Of a DNA stretch of 64,000 nucleotides, positions 32,647 through 46,515 are shown in pieces (the first letter of the stretch is position 1; every line of letters begins with the position of its first letter). This stretch comes from Phyllosticta citribraziliensis. Taxonomy: Eukaryota. Both the position numbers and the translations under genes were made by a program. A model generated the notes under the pieces. It searched no databases. It saw nothing but the letters and a program-made list of their open reading frames with translations, and was not told where the DNA came from. The stretch lies in NCBI RefSeq assembly GCF_038025025.1, contig NW_027117344.1:1302001-1366000 (forward strand), read 5' to 3'.

Positions 32647-35593
32647 TCAAGGCACAAGTCTCCCTGTGCCTTCGACTATGCCGTTGTGCACCAGCACCTT
32701 GCTCACGAACAAGCCCTCCCATTCACGTGGGTCCTCGCCGCCCCAGACACCGCTGGCATTACGCCTCTCCGCCAACCACATGGGCGTGATGCGCACAGCC
32801 GCAAACCACTCCTTGGCCAGTTCCTCCGACCGTGGATTGATGGTCGCGTTGGATGTGACGTTGTTGGTCATGTTGTCGATGGGAACGACGACGTTTGTGA
32901 TTGGCTCTGTTGTCGTCTTAGGCGGCACACCACGCATCTTAAGCAGCATATGGAGAATGTCGCTGAAGCGCTCGCCCTGCTGCGAGTAACTGGCCGGCGG
33001 CTTGTCAAGTGGCCATCGGTTAGGCCGTGGTGAGGTGAGCACGATGTCTTCCGATCGATCACCATTGACGTCCAGACCATGATGCTGGTGCTGCAGCGAT
33101 GGGTCCTGGTTTGGCTGCGAATCTTGCGCTTGCGGCGGGGCTTGTGGTTCAGGACCGGCAGCTTCAGGATTGGCGGCAGCAGCCGCATTGTGCATGGCAA
33201 TGCTGCGCTCGAGTTCCGTCTTGAGATCTGATCCCGGAGGTGGTGGCACGCTGTACTGGCGTATTGCTGGGCTCGGGTTTTCCCATCTCTTAAAAAGCCA
33301 GCACATTCGCTCCACGCATGCGAGGAGAATCATCGATACAAGAAAGGTTTCGAACGGATTCGCTTGTTGCCGCTGGAGCAAGCGTCGCTCAAGGTCGTTC
33401 ATGACGTGCTTGCTGAGCTGTGCAGCACGCTTCTCCAAAGCTCCAAGTATCTGAGCGTCGACCAGCTTGTAGGATTCGGGATGAGTACTGGGTTCGATTG
33501 GGAACCGAGACGAAGGCGGAATCGACTCGAGTTCCTGAGGACTCATTATTACTGGATCCTGGAATGGCGGCTGCATGTGGTTGAAAAAAAGTTGAAATTT
33601 CAGGGACGGCTCCGAGAGAATGCGAGTCGCGACCCATAGCTCGAGGACTTTGGTGAGCAGCCCTTCCTTATGCTCGAAGCCCTCCTTGTTTTCGACGCTT
33701 TGACGATGGGCCATGACCAGGGTGGGCTTCATAAAAGGTGACACTTCTGACTCGTATACGGCCGGTCCCATTCTTTTCAAGAAAAGTTCGAGCTTTCCTC
33801 CAACGTCCTCGACATCGGGGTCAATGATTTCCATGTACTGCATGCGCTCTGCCTGTAAGCCGGATCCGTATATTGCTGGGTCGATCGGAGCGCCGGCCGG
33901 CCTCATGCCCTTGAGAGTTGTAAATGTCGCGTACATTGAAGGATCGAGGTCGAGTCTGGCTTCAATCCTTCCGTGAACATGCTCAAAATGGAACTGGGCC
34001 TTGGTCGAGCTGATTGAGTGGAATGCCAGCACCGCGTGCAAGCCAGCCGCGTAAAGGCCGAATTCCTCAGCAATTCGAGTTCTGATGCAGGGGTGCTTCC
34101 ACAAACGCGCGCTCTCCACATTTTGACAAGTGCTGCAGGGACTCTCTCCAGAACACTAGGCCTTTGTGAGCAAAGTTGCCCCCCCAAAAAACGCGGCAAC
34201 TTACAGGCTTCTTCAGCATGCGGCACCTGATGCAAGCGCCACGCTTTCTGACCTCTTGAACCTCCTTCCGCCTGACGTCGGAGAATCGACCTCGGACTTT
34301 GGGCTTGTTCGGCTTTGGACTCATGCTAAAGTCCGTGGTGAAATGTGCCTGTTGCGCTGGGTTGATAGCCAGCGGCCTGTAATTGGCAGAACCATTGTTT
34401 CCGGCTGCAGAATTATCGTTCTCAGTGTGTCCCGGGTCATGCAAATGCTGCAGTAATGGATCAATCGCTTGCGGCCAATTGGTTCCGGGCTGGCCTTGGT
34501 GGTATCCGGCCTCATTTGGCTGATTGGGCATGCTCGCGCGGAGCTCCTCCGCAGCTGAGGCCGTCATCACCAGGGGGGAAGGGTGCGGGTGTGCCGATGA
34601 AGCTGAGGGCGTAGAAGTTGTGGGGGCCGAAACGGTTGGCGGCGTTGTAGATGGTGGCGGTGCAGAAATTGCAGGCGGATGCGGGGACCCTGGTGCTGGC
34701 CCATCGACCTGCATTGCCTGCTGCTGTTGGCTGGCATTGTTTTCTGTTGACTGTGCTAAATTGCGAGCGCCGTTAGCAGCTGTCACAGGCGACTGAGGTG
34801 GTTTTGATTTGCCAAGCTCTTGGAGCAGATGGTCACGGAGTGTTCCGGTAGATGTTTGTTGTAGATGCTCATGAGGAGACACACTTCCAGGCTCTGCTGC
34901 ACCGTTGGCGTTGGCGTCTGTGGCGGGCTTGTGCTCGTGGTCTTGGACCAAAAAGTCCTCGTAGACGGGCTGACCAACATTCTGCCCGTCATCACGTATG
35001 GATCCTCGTCTCTCCGAGTGGTCTCCATCTGGGGTGGGAATGCGCTGGCCAGAGAGGTCCAGACGCTGGCGCGACACTTCGGCGAGGGCTTCGAGACGCG
35101 ACATGCCCGCCTTTGGGGCGGCGTACGGGAGGGTCATGGGTTGTTTGGCGTTCTGCGCGCCATTATTTTGGCCGCCAGATTGAGCAGAAGCGGACGGAGA
35201 GGCGGACGCAGGAACAGAGGACGGCTGGGCGGGGGAGGACGAGGGCGGGAGATCAGGGACGGGGAGGTCGTGGAACTGCAGAATGGCGCGCTGGCGATCC
35301 TGGGACGTGAGGGCTGGACACTTCTTGACAAGGTGCGCGGTCAGAGTGTCTATGCGGCCTTTGGGAAACTGCGGTGAAGGTCAGCGAGCGGCCTTGGTGT
35401 GTGGAGAGAACGAGAGCAAGAGCGGGTCGGAGCGGTGTGGGAGGGCAGAGCAGAGCAGAGCAGAGCAGAGCAGAGCAGGACTGACCCTTTCTCCGCAGGA
35501 GCGGCAGGTGTGCTGATATCGGTTGCTTGCATCCTCGAGCTTGGGGCCGCGTTCGAAGAACTCGAGGATGAGCTGGTTTGGCTTGCGGCCCAT
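32647..35593 (-). CDS. Zn(II)2Cys6-type transcription factor with N-terminal BED-like C2HC finger (3 exons)
   Basis: HTCRSCGER|FPKGRIDTLTAHLVKKC; ACIRCRMLKKP|CSGESPCSTC...HPC. Introns 35369-35485 and 34156-34204. Confidence 0.85.
35446..35478. repeat. (CAGAG)6 pentanucleotide microsatellite inside intron 1 of the TF gene
   Basis: Direct tandem CAGAG units. Confidence 0.9.
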
Positions 35594-36508
35594 GGGAATG
35601 GGATGGAAGTGAGAGCTGGTCGAGAAATGGACGTGACGGTATCCTGGGGACTCGGTAATTGATCAGGCAAAAGCGAGCGGTGAAAGGGCGGTGTTGTGGC
35701 GGTCAAGGCGGCCGAGCTGTAGCCTCGAAATGGCCTCCGCAGCTGACTAAGCCTCGCACTCGCTGATTTGATTCCGGTTTTGGCTTGGCTCCCGCTCCGC
35801 GTGGGGTCTGGACTGCCTCAACACCACGTACCGTCTGTGTGCCTTTCTACCTCTTCACCGGCCCCACTAACTGTGTGTTGGCGCCGCCCACCCCTCGTTT
35901 CTCACTCAGACGCTTGTTGTACGGAGACTACGTCCACGGAGCATCCAATCCCACAGCGAAGAGGAGACAATTTGTGTCACATGCAATGTCGAGCCAAGTA
36001 TCAACTGTATAAATCTATTATGCATGCTCTTGCATCAGCTGTATTGCACTCATCTGTGCTCTCAAACTTCTCATCTTCGCGTAGCTGAACCAGACCGCAA
36101 ATCGTTGAACGCCATCCCCGCTGACCGACCGCCGCTCAGCCAAAGAAAAAAGGCAACGCCTTCAGGTATCGACATGACAAATCCACAGCGCAATCAGATG
36201 CCCACGCGCAGTGAATAAAACAGGAAAAAGAGATTGGCGCAAAGGCAGATCCCATCACGCCTTTTCCAAACCATCCGAGGCGCCAGTAATGTATATGTAG
36301 CAGAAACACCCAGGTGCAAAAATGAAGGGAAAAAGAAAATGGGATGGAAAACCACGGCTACAGCTAGTGGACCGGCTGTTGCAGGCCGTGTCGAGCAGAG
36401 GAAAAGAAGCCGTTGTAATGCATGGGGTGACGCTGTGACGTCTTTGTTTCCAACCCCTGAGCGATTTCCAGTGGCCGTGAGGGCTCAGGCAAAAGAGCTG
36501 GAGCCAGT

Positions 36509-38256
36509 CTAAGCAAAATCGACGACAGCTGTGCCGCCAGGTGCAGAAGAATTGCCGGTGGTCGGGGCACAAGAAACCCTCCAAGTGTGCTGCGCCGCTT
36601 CTTCCGGGTAGACGGCCTCGACGTTGATCTTCTGGCCCTCCGGGAGCATCTTGTGTTTCAAGTCCCAGCCCGCAAGCCGGCAAAGTTCGGCGACGACGAC
36701 GTCACAATCGCCGAGAAGATTGATGTCAAATTCGATATGTCCTATGGGCTGTACAGGTTAGCGTCAGTTGACCACAGGACAGACACGTCACTCACATCGC
36801 GGGAGATGTAGATTTGCGGGACTCTTCTCTTGATGATGTGTGGAATTTCTGAGACTGGAGCGACCTTCATCGAGGTCCCGATTATGATGACAAGGTCGAC
36901 TCGGTGTTTGTCGTGGTCCCTCAGACGATCGAAAAAAATGTTCGGAAGGGGTTCGCCAAAGAAGGTGATATCCGGCTTCATGACTCCAGGCTGAGGAATG
37001 TCGTACTGCCCGTCGTCGTCGTCATCGTCGCTGTCGCTTTGGCGTCGCTTCTTGCCCTTGGCGCCGGCCGTTTCATTGGAGCTTCTCTTTCTCTTCATAC
37101 CGGGCCGAGGAACAGCAAGTTGCCGGACGCACTCGGGACATTCAGCCACCTGCTGCTGCTTGATCTTGTCGAAAATGTCCTCGCCAGGAATCTTATAACC
37201 ACATTTGCGGCAAGTCGCTGTCGCCCACGACCCATGACACTGTACCAGCTTCGCGCGACTGATTCCAGCGTGGCTCTCCAGGTTGTCAATGTTTTGCGTG
37301 TAATTTGTGAGAAGCTTGCCCTTGTCCTGCAGCAGGCGAATGAACTGATGGGTGGGCGTCCAGTTGTGCAAGTCTGGGATGATGTCGCCGGCCAAGCTGT
37401 AAAATATCCTATCCATCATGTTAGCCGGGGCCCAAATGGCCAAGTGCTTGCACCCACGTTGGATCCTCGTCAAAGTTGGCAATGTCAAAAACTTGTTCTG
37501 GGTCGTCGTATCCCATTTCCCGGAGACGAGAATAGAATCCAGTGTTTTTGGAACGAAAGTCGGGAATCCCCAGACTTGTGGAAATCTGCAACCCCAAGTT
37601 AGGCAAAAATGGCCCCGTCGTGACGCGCTTCGTGGACAAGAATGTGCCAACTTACACCTGCGCCGGTAATGACCATAATGTTCTTGGAATTTTTTATTAG
37701 ACGGGCAGCATCTTCTATGGTCCTGTACGCAGGCAGGCGGCTCCTTCTGGCCAACGCGCGACCTATGGCCAGGCCCAGCACTTGGTAGTACGCTTTATCC
37801 GGCTGGTCTTCCAGCCAGAACGGTGGCTTTACTCCGAAGGCAGTGCATAGCTTCTTTGCCGTTATCGTGCATGTGGTGATGGTCTCATACACGAAAACGC
37901 TGCCGCCGACTTCGTTGAGGCGAGCACGATAAGCCCTGGCCTCTTGAGGGGAACAGGTGTCGGGGCCTGCGACGATCAGCCGACGTCCGTTGGGAACAAA
38001 CAACTTTGAGACTTGGGAATAGCATACCAGGGACCAGATCTTCTGGATCTACTTCGTCCATGAGAGCCTCGTCGACAAGAGAACGGTCCACCTCAAACAA
38101 CTCATCGTCGCTCTCGTCGCTGTCGGCAGGCATACCGGCAGACTGGTCGTCGGACGCGTCCGTGGCGTGCACCTCAGAGGATAGCGCGTTGTCGGGGGCG
38201 GAGCGGTCGATGGCGGGCGGTTGGGTAGGCTGAGAGAGCACCTCCCCGGTCGCCAT
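36509..38256 (-). CDS. SIR2: NAD-dependent histone deacetylase, Sir2/Hst1 class (5 exons)
   Basis: [49 protein letters not shown] and [12 protein letters not shown] motifs. Last exon [16 protein letters not shown]; stop at 36509-36511. Confidence 0.93.
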
Positions 38257-39723
38257 GGGTGGTTGGGATGTGTTGGTCGTGGCGGATGTGAATGAGGGAT
38301 GAGAAGTCAGTTGTAGGTGGAGTCTGTGTAAGGAAAGTAGGCGTAAAGTTGTAGGTAGGAGTGGTTTAAAGATAGACGTCCGCTCGGGGTCCCACGTTGG
38401 TTCCACGCTGCACGCTGTGCCGAATTTCGCCCGACCCTAAATGGTTGTAGGGAGGGCCAGGCAGGGGTCTCGGCCTCTCACCCTCTGCAGTATTCAACCA
38501 AAACATCGTCTTCGACATTTGACTGCTCACCCACAACCAAAGCCCCTTTCTAACTCTTGCGCCGCATGACAAATGTCTTCTCTCCCACGGTGCGCTTCCA
38601 CATGCTAACACGCTTCCGGCCAAGTGTTGATGCACTTCAAACTTTGCTTCTTGCGCATCCCAAAACTCAGTCGGGTTGCGCCTTTTCTCCTCCAACTGGC
38701 GCTCAACGCTTTCTAGTCGACATCGTCGGGTGTAAAAACTATGGTAGTCGCTCTCGTCGCATGCACTCGACCAGGCGCGTCAACACCTTCACATTGAGCG
38801 GGAAGAAAGAGCTACAGTTATGGTGTGGCGTCAAATAAGGCGTACGAGACCAGCCTGACATGGCTTCGGGAGCACTTTGGCACCCAACCGTCTCTGGAAA
38901 ATCCATTAGGCGTGCGATAGGCTGCTCGCGATGCAGTATAATTAACAGCCAGGAAAACCACGGAAGACTCTAGCCGATAAGCAAAATGCCGACAGGGCCG
39001 ATGTCACCGGAGTATCAACGACTGCTCAGGTCCAGCCCAGAACGAGCATCCTCTGTTCGACTCAATCCATTGCTTTTTCCACCTTGTAACCGTGCCGCTT
39101 CGCATACATCATGTATGACAAACGAAGCCGTTCAAAAGGGAAGAGGTCGGCGATACGGAGGAATGAGTACATTCTTGGCAGCGAGTGGTACAAGTGCTAC
39201 AGGGATTGTTGCGAGCCTTGGCAATTACTGGACAGAGTTTAAAAAGGTAGCCGTCTCTTATTCGTCCGAGCGAGTACTGGCCGGCCGTCAAGCAAGGTGT
39301 TGTCAGGTCGGGGCACCGATCATGAGCAGAGCTTGTGAAGTCCTATTTCGATACCAAGCGATGGGGACTCGCTGCGTCTTGCGGATGAAGCTCTCAGTCA
39401 TGACTGCTCTACTCCCAAAGCATGTTGACCACATGCATTGATTGACGCGCCAAAGGTGGAGGGTATTGAGGTGAACCCCGTCCAAGAAGTCCCAGATGGG
39501 CAGTCGTGTGCTCAAATTGACTTTGTCCATCCGCGCTTAGCTTCTCCCGTCAAGCTTTGCCCCTTGACCTTGACTGCGGAGCCGACTCGACTTGCCCCTC
39601 CGCAAGAGATAAATATTCGGTTTGCGAAACTCCATGTCTTCCCAGCCAGTGACCACTGTTCTCTTGTTTTCCGCACCGACTGCAGGAAACCTTACGCTCA
39701 TTGACCCAAAATCGCCAAAAACC

Positions 39724-40416
39724 ATGCACTTCAAGCTGGTTGCTCTGCTTGCCTTTGCCGTCGAGGCAATGGCGGCAGCCATGGAAAATATGCCCGGCAT
39801 GGAGCCAGGTCCTCCACCACCACCAGGTCCACCTGCCACCACCCCTCCACCTGGTGTGAACCAGTCAGTATCCCAATTTTCCTAGCATCAGCCTAACCTC
39901 CGTCGTCGCTAACCTCGATACAGAGGAGACCTTCTTCGAGTCTTGCTCACTGCCCTCCCACCTTCGCTCCTCAACATTGCTTTGACCAACCAGCCCGCCG
40001 TGTCATCCATCATCGCGTCCGAGTTCAACGCGGGCATCACCGAGCCTTGGTTCAAGTCACTCCCACCACCCGTACAAACATACTTGGCAAACCAAGGCAA
40101 GCAGGGCGCTTCTGCCGTACCGACAGGAACCGGACCGTCGCCAACCACCCCCGGGGCGCCTTTTACCAACGTCACCACTCCGGGTGCAACCACTCCGAGA
40201 ATGACTGAAAGCCCGACGATGAACACGACCATGCCCATGACGAGCACCTTGACTACCTCCGAATTCGGGACTAGTTCTCTGGAGAACAGGCCCGAGACGA
40301 CGCCGGCTGCCAACCAAACCACGACCGCTGGGGCCATGCCTCTGCCTTTGCCGACGGCCGCCATTGGAGCGGGTGTCGCTGGTGCGCTTGGGATCATGGG
40401 CATTTTGGGTCTCTAA
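39724..40416 (+). CDS. small secreted Pro/Thr-rich, probably GPI-anchored protein (2 exons)
   Basis: Signal peptide MHFKLVALLAFAVEAMA; intron 39864-39923; T/P-rich stalk; hydrophobic C-terminal GPI-like signal. Confidence 0.8.
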
Positions 40417-42311
40417 AAAGGTCGAGCAATTTCTTCGGATTTCAAAACAAACCAAAACCAAAACATAGGCGTGCGTCGCCGGGAGTGTTGAAGACCGTAA
40501 AGTGTGAATATGAGTGTGGAGTTTTTCTCAACATACGACTCGAGGACGGGACAACCAGGTGCGTAACGAGGTCTATGAGGAATGGGAACTCAATATCGTG
40601 GTTAAGCCATGGGAGATTTAGTTCTCCGCCTCGGCCAGGTATGGAGAGCCTTTGTCGTCCACCTTGGCTACACTTTTAGGGGGCCGTCGTTCATTACCAC
40701 GGCTCTTCCAGAAGCCATCATTTCTTTTGGCTCACTTTGATTTGGGTAATGGTGGGTGTTCACAGTCAATTGAGCGTGCGGAAAGACAGCGCAGAAGTGA
40801 TGGGGCTGAAGTCATCTGATGCGAGGTCTCGCGCTTGAGAGCGTGTCAGCCGCCAGACGGAATGTAATAAGAACATGGCTGGAGAAGCCATGCTGGCACC
40901 CGGCAAGGCGGATTTTATGAGATACCAATGGATACTAACGGCCACGGCTCGCAAATCGATCATTCACTCTGAGCCCACCGAGAGCAGTGAAATGTTATGG
41001 CGATTGGGTTTATAGACCAAGGGGGTGGTCGAGGTTCTGGAGCGCGCATGAAACAAAATCCACCTCGGGACGCCTTGCCCCACAGCGATCCCCGCAACCC
41101 CAGGTTCCCCGTGGAGCTATGGCAGGCCCTCATGCGGAGGATTTGCACTGCTGTCTGCTGCCTTCGTCGACAGAGATGTGGAAAATATGCCGTGGAAAAC
41201 ACGGCCAAGATTGGAGGACGTTCGTATCACGAGGACGACGGCAGGGTTGCCATTCAAGAAACGGGAATGTTCATGTCGAATACGAACGACTGCCGTGTTT
41301 ATCTAGAGAAACAAACTAAGCATTGCCATGGAGAATTACGTACTGCACCAAGCCGCGGGTGTACCCCCACAGCGCGTGTCGCCAGCATGGATATGTATGT
41401 TTAGGAGAGGTTCACGCGTGACATTATTTTTTCTTTTTGGCATGTTCGACCATGGAAAAGTTTTGCGGACAGCAATCCGATGTCGTCAATTCAGGCAACG
41501 CGGGTGGACCATGTGCAAGATATAGTTCCTCATCGCTCGATCCACCTCCTTTGGGAACGGAGGTGGTCAAACGGTGGTGCCGGCGAGTCGGTCTGGCCCA
41601 AACCGAGGACGTCAGCACAGCTTTCCTTGCCCACACGTGCTGCCTCGTGGTCAGCGGCGGCGCCTGGCAACGATTAGCCTAGTGGTGTCGAAGGATTATC
41701 GAGATCCGGCAGGCTGGCGCAACTGCCGACGACAGCTAGCAAAGTGTATGGTGGTTATGCTTTTGGCCTGGCGTTGCATCCGGTTCGTGGGCGGAAGACA
41801 CGGTACAAGTAAGGTGGCAGCGGTCGGGCTTTGATGGAGACGCCGGCGGCGGTGTGCACCGCGAACGGAGGAGAGGCAGCAACGAGAGGGCGACGAGTTG
41901 CGATGGAGGATGAATGGTACCGTACAGGTCGAGTCAGGCACGGGGTGGGCTACCGGCAGCCCCGGCCATACCAGGTCAGACGCATGGAAGCATGTCAGAA
42001 GCGCGAGGGAAACAATTGACAGCCTCTCTTGGTGCGTCGGTGGCGCGCGGGCTGCACGCTGTAGCTAGGTAGGTACATGTTATTTGCGTAAGCGACGAGT
42101 CTCTGATGACGGCCAACCTGAAGCGAAGCCGTGCTGTGGGTGCTCTTCCTGGTTGCTGATCCGACGGGACCTGCCAGACCTGAGCCAGACCTGACTTCTG
42201 TTCCTCCTCGACATCCCCACACCGCGCGCGCTCTCCTCCTCGCATGGCCGCCAGACTCGACCCCATCCGCCCTTACTTCTGCCCCCTCTCCCTCTCTACT
42301 AATGCGCGCCA

Positions 42312-45300
42312 ATGATATGGTACTTGTTGTACGCGTTTCGCGGGTCAGTCCACCCTTTCCTCTCCGCCCACGCAAATCTCTCTCTGCACCGCGTCCCGCT
42401 GACCAGCAGCCTACAGTACAACCGAGCCTCCCAAGTTATCGCAGAACCATCCCATACGTAAAGCCTTTGCCAGCTATGGAACCGCCACCGCCCGCCATTG
42501 GCTCTTCTCGCTCCTACTCTCCGTCGCCGTCGCCGTCTTCCTCTGCTATCCCGTCGTCTTCCTGTACGAAAGCCCCGCCGCAAGCACTTTGCCCCACCAT
42601 GCCTGGACCTCAGTCAGGACCTACGGCGGCAGCCCCGAAACCCCGCCAGACGTCGAGATGAGGCAGCTATGGGTTCACGGGAGCTACATGAAGGCGCTGG
42701 ACCCCGTCGTTTTGCGCAAGGCCTTGGACATCCAGAACAGACTCATTGGCCCTGGGTTTGGCGCCGACCACAAGCGTCTGCGTGCGGCGCAAAACTCGGC
42801 TGGATGCTGCTCGTCATTCGTGGCAAACGACACTTCTTGGGGCTGCCATTCCCCCCTGATGTACTGGAATTGTTCCCTGGAAGCCATGAAGACCGACACG
42901 GATATTCTGCACACGATCAACACACAGCGCGGCCGCCGCTCCTCCTACAACTTCACCCTACAGCCCGTGTCCGTCTTCGCTGGAAAAGCCTTCAACGGCA
43001 CAAGCTTGCTTGCTGCCGATGCGCTCGTCATCACCATCTTCGACAGGTCTGGAGGAGATATTGCCGAGGAGTTTGACCGCCGGTCTAGATCTTTGGCGCG
43101 CGAGGCCTCCGACGATTGGTTGTTCTATCCCCAAGCAGGGTCGACGTACAGGAATCGGCTCTACGAGTTCCGTTACCAGCCGCTGAGCGTCAACGACACG
43201 TGGACCCTTATCTCCGCTTATTCCCTAATGTTCTTCTACGTACTGTATAGCCTCAGGAAGCTCAAGGCTGTCAAAAGCGTCTTTGGCTTGTTTTGCACCG
43301 TCTTGGCTCAGGTGAGATTTCAACCCCATGACTAAGGGGATAGTTTGGAGGCTGACTCGCCGCAGATGTTCATATCCATTTGCTCGAGTTTTACGATCTG
43401 TGGGATTCTGAAAATCAATCTGGCGCAGGTTCCTGGAGAGGCGTATCCGTTTGTGGTTCTGGTGATTGGACTAGAAAACATGTGAGTAACGTGTTGCCGA
43501 GCGACAAGGTTGCGAGGTACCTTTCGCCTGCATTCTCAAGATGAAAGCTCACGGTCAATAGGTTTCGACTGATCAATGCCGTTCTGGAAAGTCCAGCGCA
43601 CATGCCGACTGTTTCGAGAGTGGCTAATGCGCTGGGCGACGTCGGCCACTTGTCACTCGCAGCAGCAGCTCAAAACTTGTTCATCTTGTATCTTCTTTCA
43701 AACGTCGTCTCGCCGAGCGTCGCCTCGGCTTGTACATTTGCTGCCGTCGCGCTCGTTTTCGACTTTGTCTTCCATCTTACCTTTTTCGTTGCGGTCCTCA
43801 GCGTCGATGTCCGGAGAATGGAGCTGCAAGACTCGCTTGATAGGATCAATTTGGCCGCCCATCGCAAATCCGTTTCGATGAACAGACCGGAGCGACGAAC
43901 GTGGGGCGGCGCATTCATGCACGGCACTCTTCCCCCGAGCACTCGCGTCGCCGGGACCGTTGCCATGGTATCTTTCATCCTCGCCCTCAACTGGCATTTC
44001 TTCGACCACGACCGGCGGAACGTCTCACTCTTCACTTGGCTCCAGAATTTGCGCAGCCCCAGTCATCCGTCCATCGACCCAGTGCCACCGCCGCCAATCA
44101 ACCAAGCACGTACTCCAGAGGCGTGGTTGAAGATGCAGGATCACACTGCGTCCAGAGAACTCATCGAGTTTGTCAAGCCCGGTCATCCAAGCTTCATAGC
44201 ACGCGTTTACGAGCCTCTCACGGTAGTCATGAAGGGCGCGGACCGGAGAGGAGCATCAAACCAGGCACCATCGGTTCTACGAGCATTCAGGGAAATGGCC
44301 GAGACACATTTCTTCCCTTTTGCCCTTGCGATTGTATTCGCAATCGCCGCCGTCACCCTCCTCATGAACTACTTGTTGTGGAACGAGTTGCCTGACGACG
44401 AAATGGATTCTGGAACCGCAGAAGAGCTCCCTTTGGCTGTACAAAGCTTGCCAAGGTCCCACAAGCTCGACATTGTCAAGATTACACCCTGCGGCGAAGG
44501 CCACTTTATTTCAGTCAGCTTGGATCGATTGACCTCCATTTGGTTCCTCGACCAGCGGACACACACGTACTCAAATGTGGTTCTCCATACCGCCAATCTG
44601 CAACCTCCCCTGTGGCCCATCGTTGCCACGACGATTGATGACACTGGCCACTGGGTAGCCCTCTTGACTGACTTGGGCAGGGTAGCCTTGTGGAGCTTAT
44701 CAGAAAGGCGCTTTGTCAAGTCACGAGTCCTAGACCTGAGGGGCCAATCTCCTAGCATCTTCACTTTTTCATTCCACCATATCGAAGATGTCGAAAGACT
44801 CAGCCTTGTCGTCGTGACGCCCGATGGCCGGCTCACGAATCTCGACTTCAGGACTGGTCAGCTTTGGGGCCATCAACTGTCCGAGGCGCCACTAACAAAC
44901 GCTTGTCTCTCCTTTTGCATCAAAGGGCAGCCGAGTGTTGTGAGTGTGGCCAAGACGGGCGCAATAACCCTCACCTTTCGTCTGTCGGGTGAGTGGGTGT
45001 CAGAAAGCCTTGACGTCAAAAATATCAAGTCAAAGACACGCCTGCCAAACGCCCCCGGTTCACCTTCAAAAGTGAGGTATGCTCTACCGATACCTTCACT
45101 CTGCATGGTGGCCGCCGTGAAGTCATGCGAAGTTGACCTGATTGACATACCCACGCGCTCCGTTGTCTTCACATTTCAAACTGGACAGATTAAGGGACAG
45201 TCGCTCAGAATTTTCCACGCTCATCGGAGGATATGTGGATGCCACTCCCCATCGGTGCAACACTTTTCTGTGGCTTACACAGATGCGGACACGCTAAGTT

Positions 45301-46109
45301 GCCTGGTGCAGACGTACCTTGCAGCACCAGACGCTACAAATGGCCTGATTTGCCTGAGACCGCCGGCCTCGCCACAAGAACGAGTCCCATGCTCCGGCCT
45401 CGAAGGGGCAGTCGAGACGTTGCATGAGATTTCCAATCCAGGCACATGGGAGGTCACCTGTATGCCGGCCATTGTTGGGATCCGGAAACGCCAGTTGACA
45501 GACGCACCCGATGTCAAGACGTCATCATGCGATGCGAGCTACTTCAACATGTCAGTCGGTTCCTCTTCCCGTCCGTACCAAAATGGAGTGTTAAAGCGAC
45601 GCCATCACAATAGCTTCAGCCGACTGAACCAGTCGATCTCAGTCAACGGCTGCCACCGCCGGCCTCCGCATCTCGAGCGTCAGACCAGTGGCACCGAGAC
45701 GGATGAGTGGGAGGCTTGGACCCTTTCTGCGATGGGGGAGCTACATACGACGCCACTGTTCCCGCGGCCGATAAGTGATTCAACGGGCGATGAGGAAGAC
45801 GGTGAGGAGTCGCAAGAAGACCAGCTATTTGTTGCGAATCCGGGCCCCATAGTGCGCGTGGGCAAGCGCAGGATGGCCGTCGGCTTTGGCAATTCGCTCA
45901 AGATCATCACCCTGGGCCAGGAGAAGTTTGACGAGGACCCGATCGACGATCCGGCCACGGCAAGCCTGAGCTGGAGGAAGAAGGCTATCCAGCGGAGAGG
46001 GGAGAAGCTGCATGCAGAGAAGCAGTTGCAACAACAACAACAGCAGCAGCAACAGCAGCAACAACAACAACAACAGCTACAACATCAACAGCACCTGGCC
46101 ACGGACTGA
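42312..46109 (+). CDS. SCAP: SREBP cleavage-activating protein (sterol-sensing domain + WD-like C-terminus)
   Basis: MIWYLLYAFRG|TTEPPKL start; sterol-sensing domain (EAYPFVVLVIGLENM|FRLINAV, FHLTFFVAVLSVDVRRMELQD); beta-propeller-like C-terminal region. Introns 42344-42416, ~43312-43365 and ~43482-43561. Confidence 0.9.
46022..46093 (+). repeat. CAA/CAG polyglutamine tract at the SCAP C-terminus
   Basis: QLQQQQQQQQQQQQQQQQLQHQQ in the ORF track. Confidence 0.9.
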
Positions 46110-46515
46110 CCCCTTGCCCGGGTTGCTGATTTGCTTGTCCGCGAATCCAAAGCCACCGGACATATGGGTTTGGATTTGATGGCTTCTCGATGATGATGAC
46201 AACGATGATGTACCACTTGGGTTGGTTGGAGACTGGATCACTGGATCACTGGATCGGGATACTTGGATCACAAATACCAACACGTGCGGATCTTTTTCTT
46301 TCTCGAATTAGAGCAGCGGCGGTGGCGAATCGGCGTCTTTTGTTTTTGGGTACTGACTGGGGAATTTCTGTGGATGTACAGAGCACGTCCAAGTCGGCCA
46401 TGGGAACGGCCGAGCAGGACTACGATGACCTTGACGACAGGTTACAAAAAGTGCCAGTTATTGTTATTACGTCCTTCTGTCGCTCGGTTCCCGGTGTTTT
46501 TACTCAAAGATTCCT

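Noticed and set aside
40997..41404. 135-aa ORF between the GPI protein and SCAP
   Set aside because: No recognisable motif or supporting splice structure.
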